In this document: positions 48,801 to 60,800 of the stretch, one piece after another
Position numbering within the stretch: position 1 is the stretch's first letter
Layout: every line of letters starts with the position of its first letter
DNA from: Camelus ferus
Lineage: Eukaryota
Reading direction: 5' to 3'
Length of the DNA: 64,000 nucleotides
NCBI RefSeq assembly: GCF_009834535.1
Contig: NC_045696.1
Span: forward strand, 3,102,001 to 3,166,000
The notes under the pieces: generated by a model
Told to the model about the DNA's origin: nothing
Databases searched by the model: none
The model's input: only the letters and a program-made list of their open reading frames with translations
Program-made: the position numbers and the translations under genes

Positions 48801-51800
48801 ACCCCTCACCCGCAGCCCACGTGGGACCCCTCACCCGCAGCCCACGTGGGACCCCCACCCGCAGCCCACGTGGGACCCCTCACCTGTAGTCCATGCTGAC
48901 GTTGAAATTCGCCTCTTTCAGCTCTTCCAAGGTCATGAGGGTCAAGGTGTTTTTGCCAGCCTCCCATTTGGTCCATTCAAAGATCCCGGGTTCCACTCTG
49001 ATCTTTATTTTTTTCTCCAGTTTGAGCTCTGGACTCAACAGAATACAGACATTTATCAGCCTCAGTGTCCATTTTGGCCTTATATCAATGAGTCTCTTCC
49101 TAGGTCTAAACCAAACCTTTGGAAAAAATGCAGTTTTTGTTGTTGAATGTTGTCCTGTGATTACGCACAGCCAGGACATTTCTCAGACAAAAACCATGGG
49201 CAGCTGGAGGCTATCAGATGGGTGAGAACCCCACTGTCCATCAGGAAGGGACAGAGTCTCCTGGGATCTGGGAAGTGCCCCACTGCTCGTCCTTGCTTCA
49301 AGGGGGACTTGGCCAAACCAAGACCCGTGGGAAAACAGCGAATCGTGGGGATTGTTAGTCCCAGGGAAGCGCCGTCCTGGTGGACGCTTGCACCGGCCTG
49401 AGCCAGAGCTGAAGGGGGAAAGGACTCACCTTCTGGAGCATTCTAGCCCTCACGACTCGCCCTTCCCTGGCATTGTATACCTTCACTAAGGGACCCATAA
49501 ACTAAAGCCGCCTCTTTTGAGTGGTGGAAAAGAGACCTTAATGGTTTTGACTGAAATGGAGAAAAAGACATTAAATGCAAATGCTCGCAGTAAAATCAAT
49601 CCCCAAAATGCATTTCAGGTCCAGGAAATGTGTTCCTTTGTCAAGCATGTTTAGAAAGGACAGTTAATAACCTATCATGAAAAGGAATCGGAGAAAGAAT
49701 TTACATATACACGTGCAACTGAAACACGATGCTCTACACGAGAAACGAACACAACGTTGTAAATCTACTATGCTTCAATTAAAGCAATTTTTTTTAAAAA
49801 GAGAGTTAAGCCAGGTTGACGGGGCTCCTGGCCTCTCCTGCAGCCCATGAGGGGTTCGTGTCCACTGGGCACAGATGGCTTGAGGAAAGAGTTTGGAGAA
49901 TTTCCCAGATGACGTCAGCCCCTCCTCCTGTCCTCTGCGCCACCCTTTGGGGAGCGGTCCACCCGGACATTGCCTGACGCGGTGCTGAGATGAAGGTTAA
50001 CATTCTAGAGAAGCAGGATGGTCAGGCTGGAGGGCGCGTGAAGAAGGCTGGGTGTCCTTGCTTCTCTAGATTGACACATAGCTTCTGAATTTACGCTCGT
50101 TAAACCAGCTTCATCACCCTCATCATCGCATGCAGAGTAAAAGTCAGCGAGGGGTCACGTCAAAGACATCGACATGATCACTGTCAGAACACATCTTGGG
50201 GAGCTTTTTATTTTCTATGCAAGAGACCCAGATAATAGAAGTCAGAGACAGTGGAACAGATATGTTCCTAACGAGGGACCAGGAATAATGACAAAAAAAG
50301 GGTGAAGTTATGAAAAATGTTTTTGAAGCTCTCAGTTATATTCTTCTAAGGCCAAAAGAATATTCCTTCTCTCTCTCTCTCTCTTTTAATAATATCTTCT
50401 GGCCGTGGTTGGGAGGTTGGGTGGGCGAAGGGAGACTGAGAGCATCACTTCCTGACGACGTGGGAGGAAGTCATCCTCAGAGACATCCACCTGCTGGCCT
50501 GGCAGGACACAGGCCATCTCACTAGCCACAGGTGGAAATTGAGTGTTTTTTTAGGTTAGTGGAAAAGTAGCAGCTTCCTGGGTGGGTTAGAACTAAATGA
50601 GCTCATTAAACGGTGGGTATAAAGGCGGGAGAGGGCAGGGGAGATTCGAGGACGCGCCTGTTTATCATGTATCCGTGTGTGTTTCTTGCTTTCTCCTTTC
50701 CACCTCTGATTAGGACAGTGGTTGAATTAATTACAAATATATTGATCCTAAGCTATCTAGGGATAAATTTACTTCATCTCCAGTTTGCTTTGTTCCATCA
50801 TGTTTACTAATAGAGCTATCAAATGGAAACACTTTTAGAGCAAACACAGCCGAGAGGGCTGGCCCAGCTACTAGGGGAAGCCCCAGCCTTCAGGTCACCA
50901 CTTCTGCTCTCCCCATCACCTGCGATCAGGGGCAGGGCTGGAGGAACCACGCCTCCTTTCTTAGTCCTTCCTGAACGGAGTGGGGCCACTGATCGATCTG
51001 GACACAGAAATAGGGAGTCTGACACCAGGGGGCCTGTGTTTCCTGGGCGGGGGTCACTGCTCTGCAAAAGCAGCGATGGTACAACCTCCTTTCAATCTCT
51101 GTCCCCCAACACTAGACTCTACCACCCTGCGGCTGAATGAAACCCCAAGGGGAGTGTGAGTGTATATGCGTGTGTGTGTGTGTGTGTGTGTGTGTGGTCA
51201 GGGAGGGAGTGAGTTGTGTCCAGAGACGCCGTTTTTGCCTCAGGGCCCCCCCCCAACCCCGCGCCATCCTGAAGCCGCACACTGGGGGTCCGGGCCCTCC
51301 CTGGTCTGTTTAGCCGTTGGCCTCATGCTTCACCTGCACTCGGCTCCATCCCGCGTCGACAGCCCTGAGTTGCAGGGAAGCAATGCAATTACCATGTGAA
51401 CCTCAACATAGGAGGGTGATGGGCGTTTCTCAGGCTCAGGGACCCAGAACACTGCCAGGGGCGTGCAGGTGAGAAACGACAAACGGGGGACGGCCTCAGG
51501 ACGATACGCAGAGACACGTGGAAGGGGACTGGGATGAGATGGACTTCTCCCCTCACAAATCAGCAAGTGGCCAGGAAACAGCACATCTCTCAGAAGGCAG
51601 GAAAGGAACGGACTGGCCACCAGCCTGCAGGGGTCCGGTGCACGGATCAGGCCCATCCCTGGGAGGGATTCCCGACCGCATGCAGACTCGGGAAGGCGCT
51701 TCATTAGAGAGGACACACCGGGGCTGGGCCGGTGCACAGGCTGTGGGTTCACTGTCCTTTCAACAGCTCCTCCCGTGAGGGTTTCAGCCCTGCTGGCGGC

Positions 51801-54800
51801 CCTCTCTCTGACACTGCTCCAGGGACAGTGCTCGGCGACAGCATTATCTGCAAGACGGGCCGTCCAGCAGAAGCCTCCTGGCTCCTGGTCCCCCTCCTCC
51901 AGCGACGTGGCTTCCTCCCTGAACCTGACCTTGTCATTACCAGCAGCTGCCCCCCTCTCTACGCTCAGTGTCAGCCCCCCTCTGTCTCCAGCCGGCCCTC
52001 CCCTCTTTGCCGCTGCGTCTCCTTCATCCTCCAACTCCACGGACTCGTCCTCCTCCCCCCACCTCTACCTCCCTCCTGGCTCAGCTCAGGATCTCCGGTC
52101 AGTCACCGTCGCCCTCCTGTGCACACCCTCACTCCCTCTCGCCCCTTCTGGCCTCATCACACTTCCTTCTCAGACCCGTCCAGGGTTAGACCTGGCTCTT
52201 CCTGATTTGCCCCGTCCGTGCCTGGGGTACAGCCCCAGCCCAGCTGACGGGCCTCAGTGTAAAGTCGCTGACCTCCGTGTAAGCTCACTGACCTCAAGCA
52301 GTCGCCTTGTACGCCCCATCCGTGTCCTGGCCTGGCTCCCTGATGAGTACGTCATGCCTGCAGACCTCCAGCCGTCCCTCTCCTTCCTCATGCTCAGCTG
52401 GTGAGCTGACTTCCTGTGTCCCCAAGAGAGCGGAGGCCAGCCCCCTCCTCCACACACTGCCCACCTGCTGCTCCTGCATCCACGCACTCTGCCCTCCGTC
52501 CCCTTGCTGTGGAGGGGGAGCTAGCCCACGTGCCCTCTTCCCCACACACGGAAGGGTGGGGACGGGCACAGACAGCGGGGCAGATCCAAGTCCTTCGGAC
52601 CAAGCTGCTCTTCTCTGGCAGGAACCGGCTTCTTCCTGCCGGCGGAGAGCGCAGAAGGGTGCACCACTGGCTTCCCGCCGCCCAGCAGCCTCTGACGGCG
52701 CTAGACAGCTCCCGGAAGCCGATTCCCTGGCCCTGGGGGGTCACGTAATTCAGGCTTAAGAAGGGGTCACAGCAGTTCCCAGCTCTCTGGGTTTCTGAAT
52801 ACCCCTCCCTAGATTTTTTATTTTAAACACATGGCAGAAGCAGGCCAAAGGCAAAATTGGGATGGCCTGGCCCCCGGCACTCGATTCCAATCCTGACCCT
52901 CCAGAAGTGCTAATGGGCTCAGTGCCTGCTAGCAGGTCACGAGTGCTGGTGCATGGCCATCTGGTGACCTTATGTGACCATGCAGGCCACTCACCCAAGT
53001 CTGCCCTCCACTCACTCCCCGTCCCCTGGGAGAAGAGCCATAAGGTCAAGGTCACACGAGACGCTGAGACACTGACCTTCCAGGATGTGCTTGGCCGTCT
53101 GCACACAGCGGAGGGCGGGGGAGGTGAAGACACAGGTGACGCTGATGCCGCTGTCCAGGAGCGCTTCCCCTGGAAAAGAGCCCATGGAAAAATGGCCTCA
53201 TAACTGACTCCCACCCCACCATGGTGGCAACTCCGATGAGTGGCTTATCCCCTGTGATGGGCAGGGTCTCAGGTGGCTCCAAGATGCCCGCCCCCGGTGC
53301 ACACATCCTGGATAATCCCTTTGAGCGTCGGTGGGACTGACGACAGTGAGCCGGCACTGCCATGACCGGGTTATGCTACACAGGGGAAAGGGGATTATCG
53401 CAGGTGGGCCTGACCCATCCAGGGGGGCCTGACCCATCCAGGGGGGCCTGACCCATCCGGGTGGGCCTGACCCATCCAGGGGGGCCTGACCCATCCAGGG
53501 GGACCTGACCCATCCAGGGGGGCCTGACCCATCCAGGTGGGCCCGTCTGAAGCAGAGGCTTCTCCGGCTGGTCACAGAGAGAAGTCACAGGGATTCAAAG
53601 GAAGAGGGATTCGACGTGCAAGAAACTCTCTACTGCTGGCTTCAAAGAAGGAGGCACATGGCAAGGAATGCAGGTGGGCTCCAGGAACCCACACCCAGCA
53701 AGGCAGTGAGGACTTCAGTCCTTCATCTGCAAGGATCTGAATCCTCCCTCCAGCCTGATGAGTGAGGAGCTGCTTCCAGGAGGCTCCAGGTGGGAACTCA
53801 GCCCAGCCGGCACCTTGATTTCTGGGTTGAGACCCTGAGCAGAGACCCCCGCCACACTGTGTTTGTGTTTCTGACCCACAGAACCAAGAGCTGTGGGTGG
53901 GTGCTGTTTCAAGTTCACGGTGACCTGCTCGGCAGCGATGGAAACTCCAGACCCCCAAGGCTCATGGAAGGATGAGCCCGTAAACCACGTTTCCTGATCT
54001 TTGAGAAAGAAGGGGCACCCATCAGCACAGAATCTGTGCAGCATCGACGCCAGCAAGGCCGCCCTGGTGCCATCGCGGGCTGGCGTGTCTCCCTGAATTC
54101 ATATGTAGGGGCCCTAACCCCTAGTGCCTCACAGTGCACCTTCTTTGGACGTAGGGTCTTTAAGGAGGTGAGCAAGTTAAGACGAGGCCATTAGGGTGGC
54201 TCCAATCTAATCTGACTGGTGTCCTTATAAACAGGGGACGTTGGGACACAAAGACCGACATGCACAGAGGACACAGGGAGAGGGTGGTCTCCTATAAGCC
54301 AAGGAGAGAGGCCTGGAACAGCCTCTTCTCACAGCCTCAGAAGGAGCGTCCCTGCCGATACCTTGATCTCGGCCTTCCAGACTCCAGAATCGCGAGACAA
54401 CACGTTTCTGTGACTTAAGCCACTCCATCTGTGGTTCTTTGTTGTGGCAGGCACAGGAAACAAATGCAGAGGCCAGCAGCTGCCCACACGTACACCCATT
54501 CACATGTGCCCCCACGGGGACTGCGCAAACATCCGGGTGAGGATTCAGGCACGAGACACAGAGGTTTGTTACAGAAGGGTGTGCTCACACACACACACAC
54601 ACGCACACGGACCACGGTGTGCGGTGCAGGAGGGAGCCCAGGCGGGCCCGGGGGGGGGGGTCACATCCACCCGTGGAGGTCCTAGCTGTGTTACTCTCCC
54701 AACTCCAAGCTCAGGGACCGCACATCGGTAGCTTGAAACCAGCCATGGGGTGGGCACTGCGTTCACACCATTGACATCAGCAGGTGCTGAAACTCAGGGC

Positions 54801-57800
54801 ACCCCCGCCCTGCCCCGGCAGCTGCCAGCTGAGCGCCAACCATAGCCCTGGGTGAGGAGCCGGCGGTGCCGGCCCAGGGTGTCCCTTCAGTTAACCAGTG
54901 TGTGACTCGGGAAGCCCAGTGCCTTCCTGATTCTAGATTTGAGTTTCTTAATTCATAAAATGAAGACCAGATGAACATAGTGACCTCCTCTGTTCCAGAA
55001 GGTCAGTCACGTGGAACCAGAACCCCAGACAAAACAAAAGCCCCAAGTGACAGATTCTGGAGTAAAATCAAAGGGAGGCTGGGTTTTTTTTTTTTTTTTT
55101 TAATATTTTAAACGACATCCTTAATGCACAGTGGTTGTTGGTTTTCTTCCTTCCCTCTCTTGTTCGTTCCATCCTTTCATCTCTCCCCACTTCCCCAGCC
55201 ATCCACTTCTGGGTCAGATCTGAGCTTCCGCTTACTAGCTGTGTGATTTGGGCAACTCACTTAACCTCTCTGTGCCCCACCTTCCACATCAGCAGAGTGA
55301 GGGTAAGGCTCGTACTGACTCAAAGGACACGTCTCGAGGGCTCAGTGCTCGTTAGTGACCATCGTCGCTGTGATAAGTCTACTAGAAGAAGCCCCAACCA
55401 TACCTGCCATTCTGGACTGGAAGATTCCACAAGACGACAATGGTGGGTCGTTTTCAAAGTCTTTGATCCCACAGCTCCGCCTGGGCAGACTGCGAGGGAA
55501 GTTGAGGTCTGGCCGGTAGTATCTCCCTAAGGCGTAAACAAGCACCAATCGTTCAGCGCTGCCGAGTCAGCGCCCATGTGCCCCACCAAGCTCTCAGGAG
55601 CACGCCCCCCACTAGAAACAGGGCAATGATTTACATCGTTGTCAACGTTACTTTTTGTTTGTTTGATTTCTGTTTTTCCCTCTAACAAGTTCTGTGACGT
55701 GGATTCGGTTTCAGGAGAAAATCTGACCTGCTGCGCACACATTTCCTCAAACAGAGATAACGTATTTTGGCCACAGGAACCACAAAACCCCTGTCCTCTC
55801 ATGACCCCTCCCGGAGATCCTGATTAAGAACCAAGTGTGTCCATGACTGACAGAGCTTAACTTGATAAGAATCTCAAATTGGCATTAATTAATTAGGTGA
55901 CATTCGACCCATCCCTGTAGCTTTAAGGGGTCACACTGCCTATGGGATGGAACCCAGACAGCCAGAGAGGGTCCTGCTCTGTGCCTCATTCAGCCAGTTG
56001 CTGGAAGTAGGACTGAGAATCACGGGGCTTCCCTGGGGCTCCCCCAGTTCACCCATTCATAGGCTCAGAGCATCTTGGGTCACTTTGAGTTTGACCTTGA
56101 GCTCTGAGATCCGATGGTCTGGTGCAAATCCTGGTATCATCCGTTACCACTTGTGTGACTAGAGGCGACTGACTTAATCTCTCTTATCAGTAAAAAGGGG
56201 GAAATGATAGATGTGTCTGAACGAATTAGTGGGTTAACGCCCAGAGCCCTGAGCCCAGCTCAGAGTAAGCGGTCAATGAGAGGTAGGTCTGCTCTCACCC
56301 TCAGACCATCGGTTGTCCCTGCGGAGGACACTACGCCGCACCAGCGCTCCTCGTGGCCCCCCAGCGGCCGGTCCTCCCATCAGAGGCCACTCTGCAGGTC
56401 TTGGTTATTAGGTTCCACGCAAGATTTTTCTGGAAGCTGACTCCCTGGAATTTCCATTGGCAGAGACTTTGAACCGTAAGCTTAAATGAAATGCCAAAGC
56501 GTTAGCTGTGTCCACAAGGAAAGGTGGAATCTGTTCTTCATTTAAGAAGGTCCACCACTTGTATCATATTCTCAAAGGCATCTGTGATTCCCAAATGTTT
56601 GCCCTCATCGACTCTTTATCTGTGGTTTCTGTGTGAGGCAGAGAGCAGAGCTCAGAAGCAGAGGGCACCTGGGGGAAGGTCAGATCCTGCAGGGAGTAGG
56701 GTCCGAGTGAACAGGGCTGCGTGGGGCGAGCCCTGCGGGGGAGTGAGAGGCCATAAGAGGGTGTGGGCGCTTGGGCCAGACGTGAGCAGAAGCGAGGAGG
56801 GACTCTGGAATCCGAGGAGGGGTCAGCAGTGCCCCCAAACACCCCGTGGTAATTCATCGAACGATGCCACTTGGAGACTCCAGACCAACTAGACATCAGC
56901 ATCCACTTTATCGGGGTTTTCCCGCCTGGTGAGACACTGCCAGCGGCTCCCTTTACCTGGGGAATTTCCAGTGCCTTTTAATATTTCCCCTTAGATGTGC
57001 CTCGATCTCTGGTATAGAGGACCGAACACTTTCCTGTTTTCATGAAGCCCAGTCACTGTCCTTGATGTTGGTTGGTTGGTTTGGCTCCCAGGCCACCACC
57101 ACCACCACTGACGGCTGTGCCGTTTCAGCCTGCAGTTTCCATACTGGTTTTACTGCAGGAAAGTTCCTTACAAGTCAGTGCATCCTCTGATCCACCTGCG
57201 TCTTCCTCGAGCCTTTGTGCCTCTACCTGATCCTGCTTTGTGGAGACAACCTTAGGCTCAGGTCTGTGGGTTCTCGGAGGTGTGGCCGTGATCTAAACCG
57301 CTCAGAACTTCTTGTGCGTGCTGGTCGTCTATCTGCCGATGCCTCCCCTGATTCATCCCCCTTCTTGGCCTGCTGGGCTCCTGGAGGGCCCCCCTAAAGG
57401 GCTCAGCAGGTCCAGCCAGTGTGAATAGACTTCATCCCTACGTTCATCGGATACTTTCATTTAAGTAACTATCCGTGGCTTAGAAACCGTGGCTCTGCCG
57501 ACTTTCCACCAGGGGATGTGCGTTGATACAATCGCGGGTCAGTACAGAGACTGCTTGTGGGTATTTTGTTTTTACAAGCCCTGTTCTTAGCTCTTGGCAT
57601 CCTGGGGGGTGAAGTTGGTATAAACACCAGACACGTTAAAAAAAAATGCCCTTCTGTTGAGCAACATGGCCACACATGGTAGGGAAATGACCCCCGCAGG
57701 GAAGGTGGGCTCAGAGAGCTGCAGCTGTGAGATTGCAGGATGGGGTGCGTGCCGCAGCTGAGGGTTCCGAGGCTGTAGGTCAGAGTGACCCGCTCTCAGG

Positions 57801-60800
57801 TCAGCGCCGCACCCACCTGCCAGCCGCCCGGACACACAAGGCTGCCTGTGCGTCACACCAGCAGACCTGCTTAATCTTGAAACCATTCCTCATCTCCTGC
57901 AAAGCATTAAGATACTTACAGACTGCATCCACACTCGAATGCGTATGTGTGGTGCCAGGGGCAAGGCGGGGCGCTCAGACAGTCCATGCGCGGTCACTCT
58001 GAAGAACGGTGCCCCGGGGGCTCTGGCTAGGAACACTGAGACGCGATCTCATCTGTTAAGTCTGTCTAATTTCTGTGTCTGGGTTCTGCCAGAACTCCAC
58101 CTACCGTCCAGAGTGGAACACTGCTGCAGCCACGACTTTCCGAAGATTTGGTCCAGTCTCTCGCCGTGGCGCACCACCAAAATGCTCTTCCTCGCTGCCG
58201 TGGCCTGGAGCGGCGGAGAGAAGGGCACGTGCGCTTTAACACCCACATGGTTAGACTTGCCCCACACATCTCCCCTCATCCCAGGGCTGGACCGGGCGCC
58301 ACCTGCCTCCCTCCTTGTGCAGCAGCTCCCGCCCGTGTCACCAGAGCCGTGACGGTGAAGGGGACGAGGAATTGCAGGTGGAGAGCGCTTCAATTTCTGG
58401 CGACTTTTAATTTTATGGGCATTATCGCGTACACAGGAAATGGAAAGACGGTGGAACAACCCACCCCACAGCACATCCAGTGTCTACTCTCCTGTCCTCC
58501 AAGCCCTCACCCCTTGTCTCGGTCCCTTCAGGCTGCTCTAATGATGTGCCCTGGCTGCCTTAGGAGCAACAGGGATTTACGTCTCACAGTTCCGGGGACT
58601 GGGAGTCTCAGGGTGCCCAGGAGTCTCAGGGTGCCCGGGGTCAGCGTGCAGTGCAGCTGGGTGAGGGGCTCTCGGCGTCTTTCTCATCAAGTCACTAATC
58701 CCAGTCACGAGGGCTCCACCCTCATGACCTAACCACCTTCCAAAAGCCCCCACCTCCTCACGTGTCACATGAACCAACAGGATTTCACCATGTGAATTGG
58801 GGGGGGGGCACAAATACGCAGCCCACCGCATCCCTCCACAGTGACTTCTTAGGGCATTACCTGTATCTGTCTAAAAGCAACCATATGTGTACACATGACA
58901 TTATAGTGATGTATAGTATTATAGATTATGTAATGCACCTCATATGATAGACGTGTGTAATCAATGTGTGTGTGTATACATATACATATATAAATATATA
59001 GATCTTCCTTGACTCATGGTGGGGTTACGCCTCCATAAACCCATCGTAAATTAAAAATCTCTTAAGTCAAACATGCATTTAATACACCCAACCTACCAAA
59101 CATCATAGCTCAGTCAACCTGAACTTAACCGTGCTCAGAACACTTTCATTAGCCTGTGGTTGGGCAAAATCACCCAACACAAAGCCTATTTATAATAAAG
59201 CGTTGAAAGTCGTGTGCAGTTGATTGAATTCCCAACAGAAAGTGAGAAACAGAATGGGGGGCTCAGTCCAGCACGGCTCTCAGTGCGTCGGTGGTTCGCC
59301 CTCGTGATCGCGCGGCTGACGGCGAGCGGGGGCTGCCTCTGCCGCGCAGCACGAGGGAGGATCGCGCTGCGTATCGTTAGTCCAGGGGAAGAGCCACACT
59401 CAAAATGCAAGTATTCAAAATTCCACCAAATGCATGTTGCCTTTGCACCATAGGAACGCTGAAAAACGGTCAGTCGAACCTTCTGTACATATGTCTTTCT
59501 TTTCTTTCTTTTCTTTCTTTCTTTCCTTCTTTCTTTCCTTCCTTCCTTCCTCCTTCCTTCCTTCCTTCCTTCCTCCCTCTTTTCTTTCTCTTTCTTTCTT
59601 TCTTTCTTTCTTTCGTTCTTTCTTCTTTTCTTTCTTTTCTTTCTTCTTTCTTTCTTTCTTTCTTCTTTCTTTCTTTCTTCTTTTTCTTTTTTCCTTTCTT
59701 CTTCTTTCTCTTTCTTTTTTTCCTTTCTTTCTTCCTTCTTCTTTCTTTCTTTCCTTCTCTCTCTCCTCTCTCTTCCTTCCGTTCTTCCTTCCATCCATCC
59801 ATCCATCATAATCTCTGTTGCTGGGACTCATCCTCCTCCGAGGGGCCCTCCAGGACCAGCCTGGTTTGGTGTGTTAAAGGTGGCTCCCCGCCTGGTGCCA
59901 GGGCATGTGCTCAGCTCTGAGCGCTGGGGGGTGGAGCCCTGCATCCATCCTCTTGCTTCTTTCTTGCTGGCCGTTCTTCCTTCCCACAGCTGGTGGTTTT
60001 CTGTTTGGCTGGGTGCTGGGGGAAACGGCGTTTTGTTTCACCCTGTATACCTTCCTTTGGCAGGAGAAAGGCCCTGATGGAGGTCAGCAGCGTGCGGCCA
60101 GGGGAGCAGCAGGTCGGTCTGAGGCAGCCCTCCTTTGCGCTGGGCAGGGGCTCGATGGCCTTTGAGACTCACAACTGCAGGGAGCATGGCCACCTCTGTT
60201 CTTGGGGAGGTCAGTGCTTTGGTGAATTAACCCAAGGGTCACCTCCAGGCTGTGATGTGGGGTGACTTTGAGAAGGAGCAAAGGATGTTTGGCTCTGGAT
60301 GCCAACGCCCACCTAGGGTAGTTCCAAGGGCAAGGCTGTCTTTCGTCTTACAGCTCAAGTCTGTCCACATGGAATTGCCGGTACTGATGCCAGGGCACCT
60401 TGTCCATCCCATCCCCTGCTGGGGCTGATCCCTGAGTGGGTTGTGGGGCACACACGGGCCCCAGCGCTGGTCTGCTTGCTGACTGTCTCAAAGTGTCGCC
60501 GCTGCCTCGGGCTGAGGTTTTGGGTTTGAGGCATTCCTTCCCTGGAAGAGCCAGAGCATCTGAACTTCGAAGCACAGAGGTTTGCAATCGGAGTGTAATA
60601 ATCAAGGGAAAGGCCCATGGGGACCGGGATGGACTCATCTCCAGGGTCTCCAGGATGGCAGACCGAAGGTGTGGATGCCTTTCCCGGGACGGCGGTAACG
60701 AAGCACCCACTGGGGGCTGGAAACAAAAGAAACTTATTCTCTTCCAGTTCCGAAGGCTGGAAGTCCAGAATCAAGGTGTTGCAGGGCCAGGTCCCCTCAG

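Noticed and set aside
48654..48883. Regular 24-25 bp palindromic repeats resembling a CRISPR array
   Set aside because: No unique spacers, no cas genes, and it lies in a mammalian intron; it is a head-to-tail minisatellite.
51330..52759. Overlapping 150-236 aa ORFs on both strands
   Set aside because: C-rich low-complexity sequence, probably a degenerate L2 remnant; no protein similarity recognised.
59186..59920. Several long K/E/R- or F/S/L-rich ORFs
   Set aside because: Artefacts of the (TTTC)n microsatellite.
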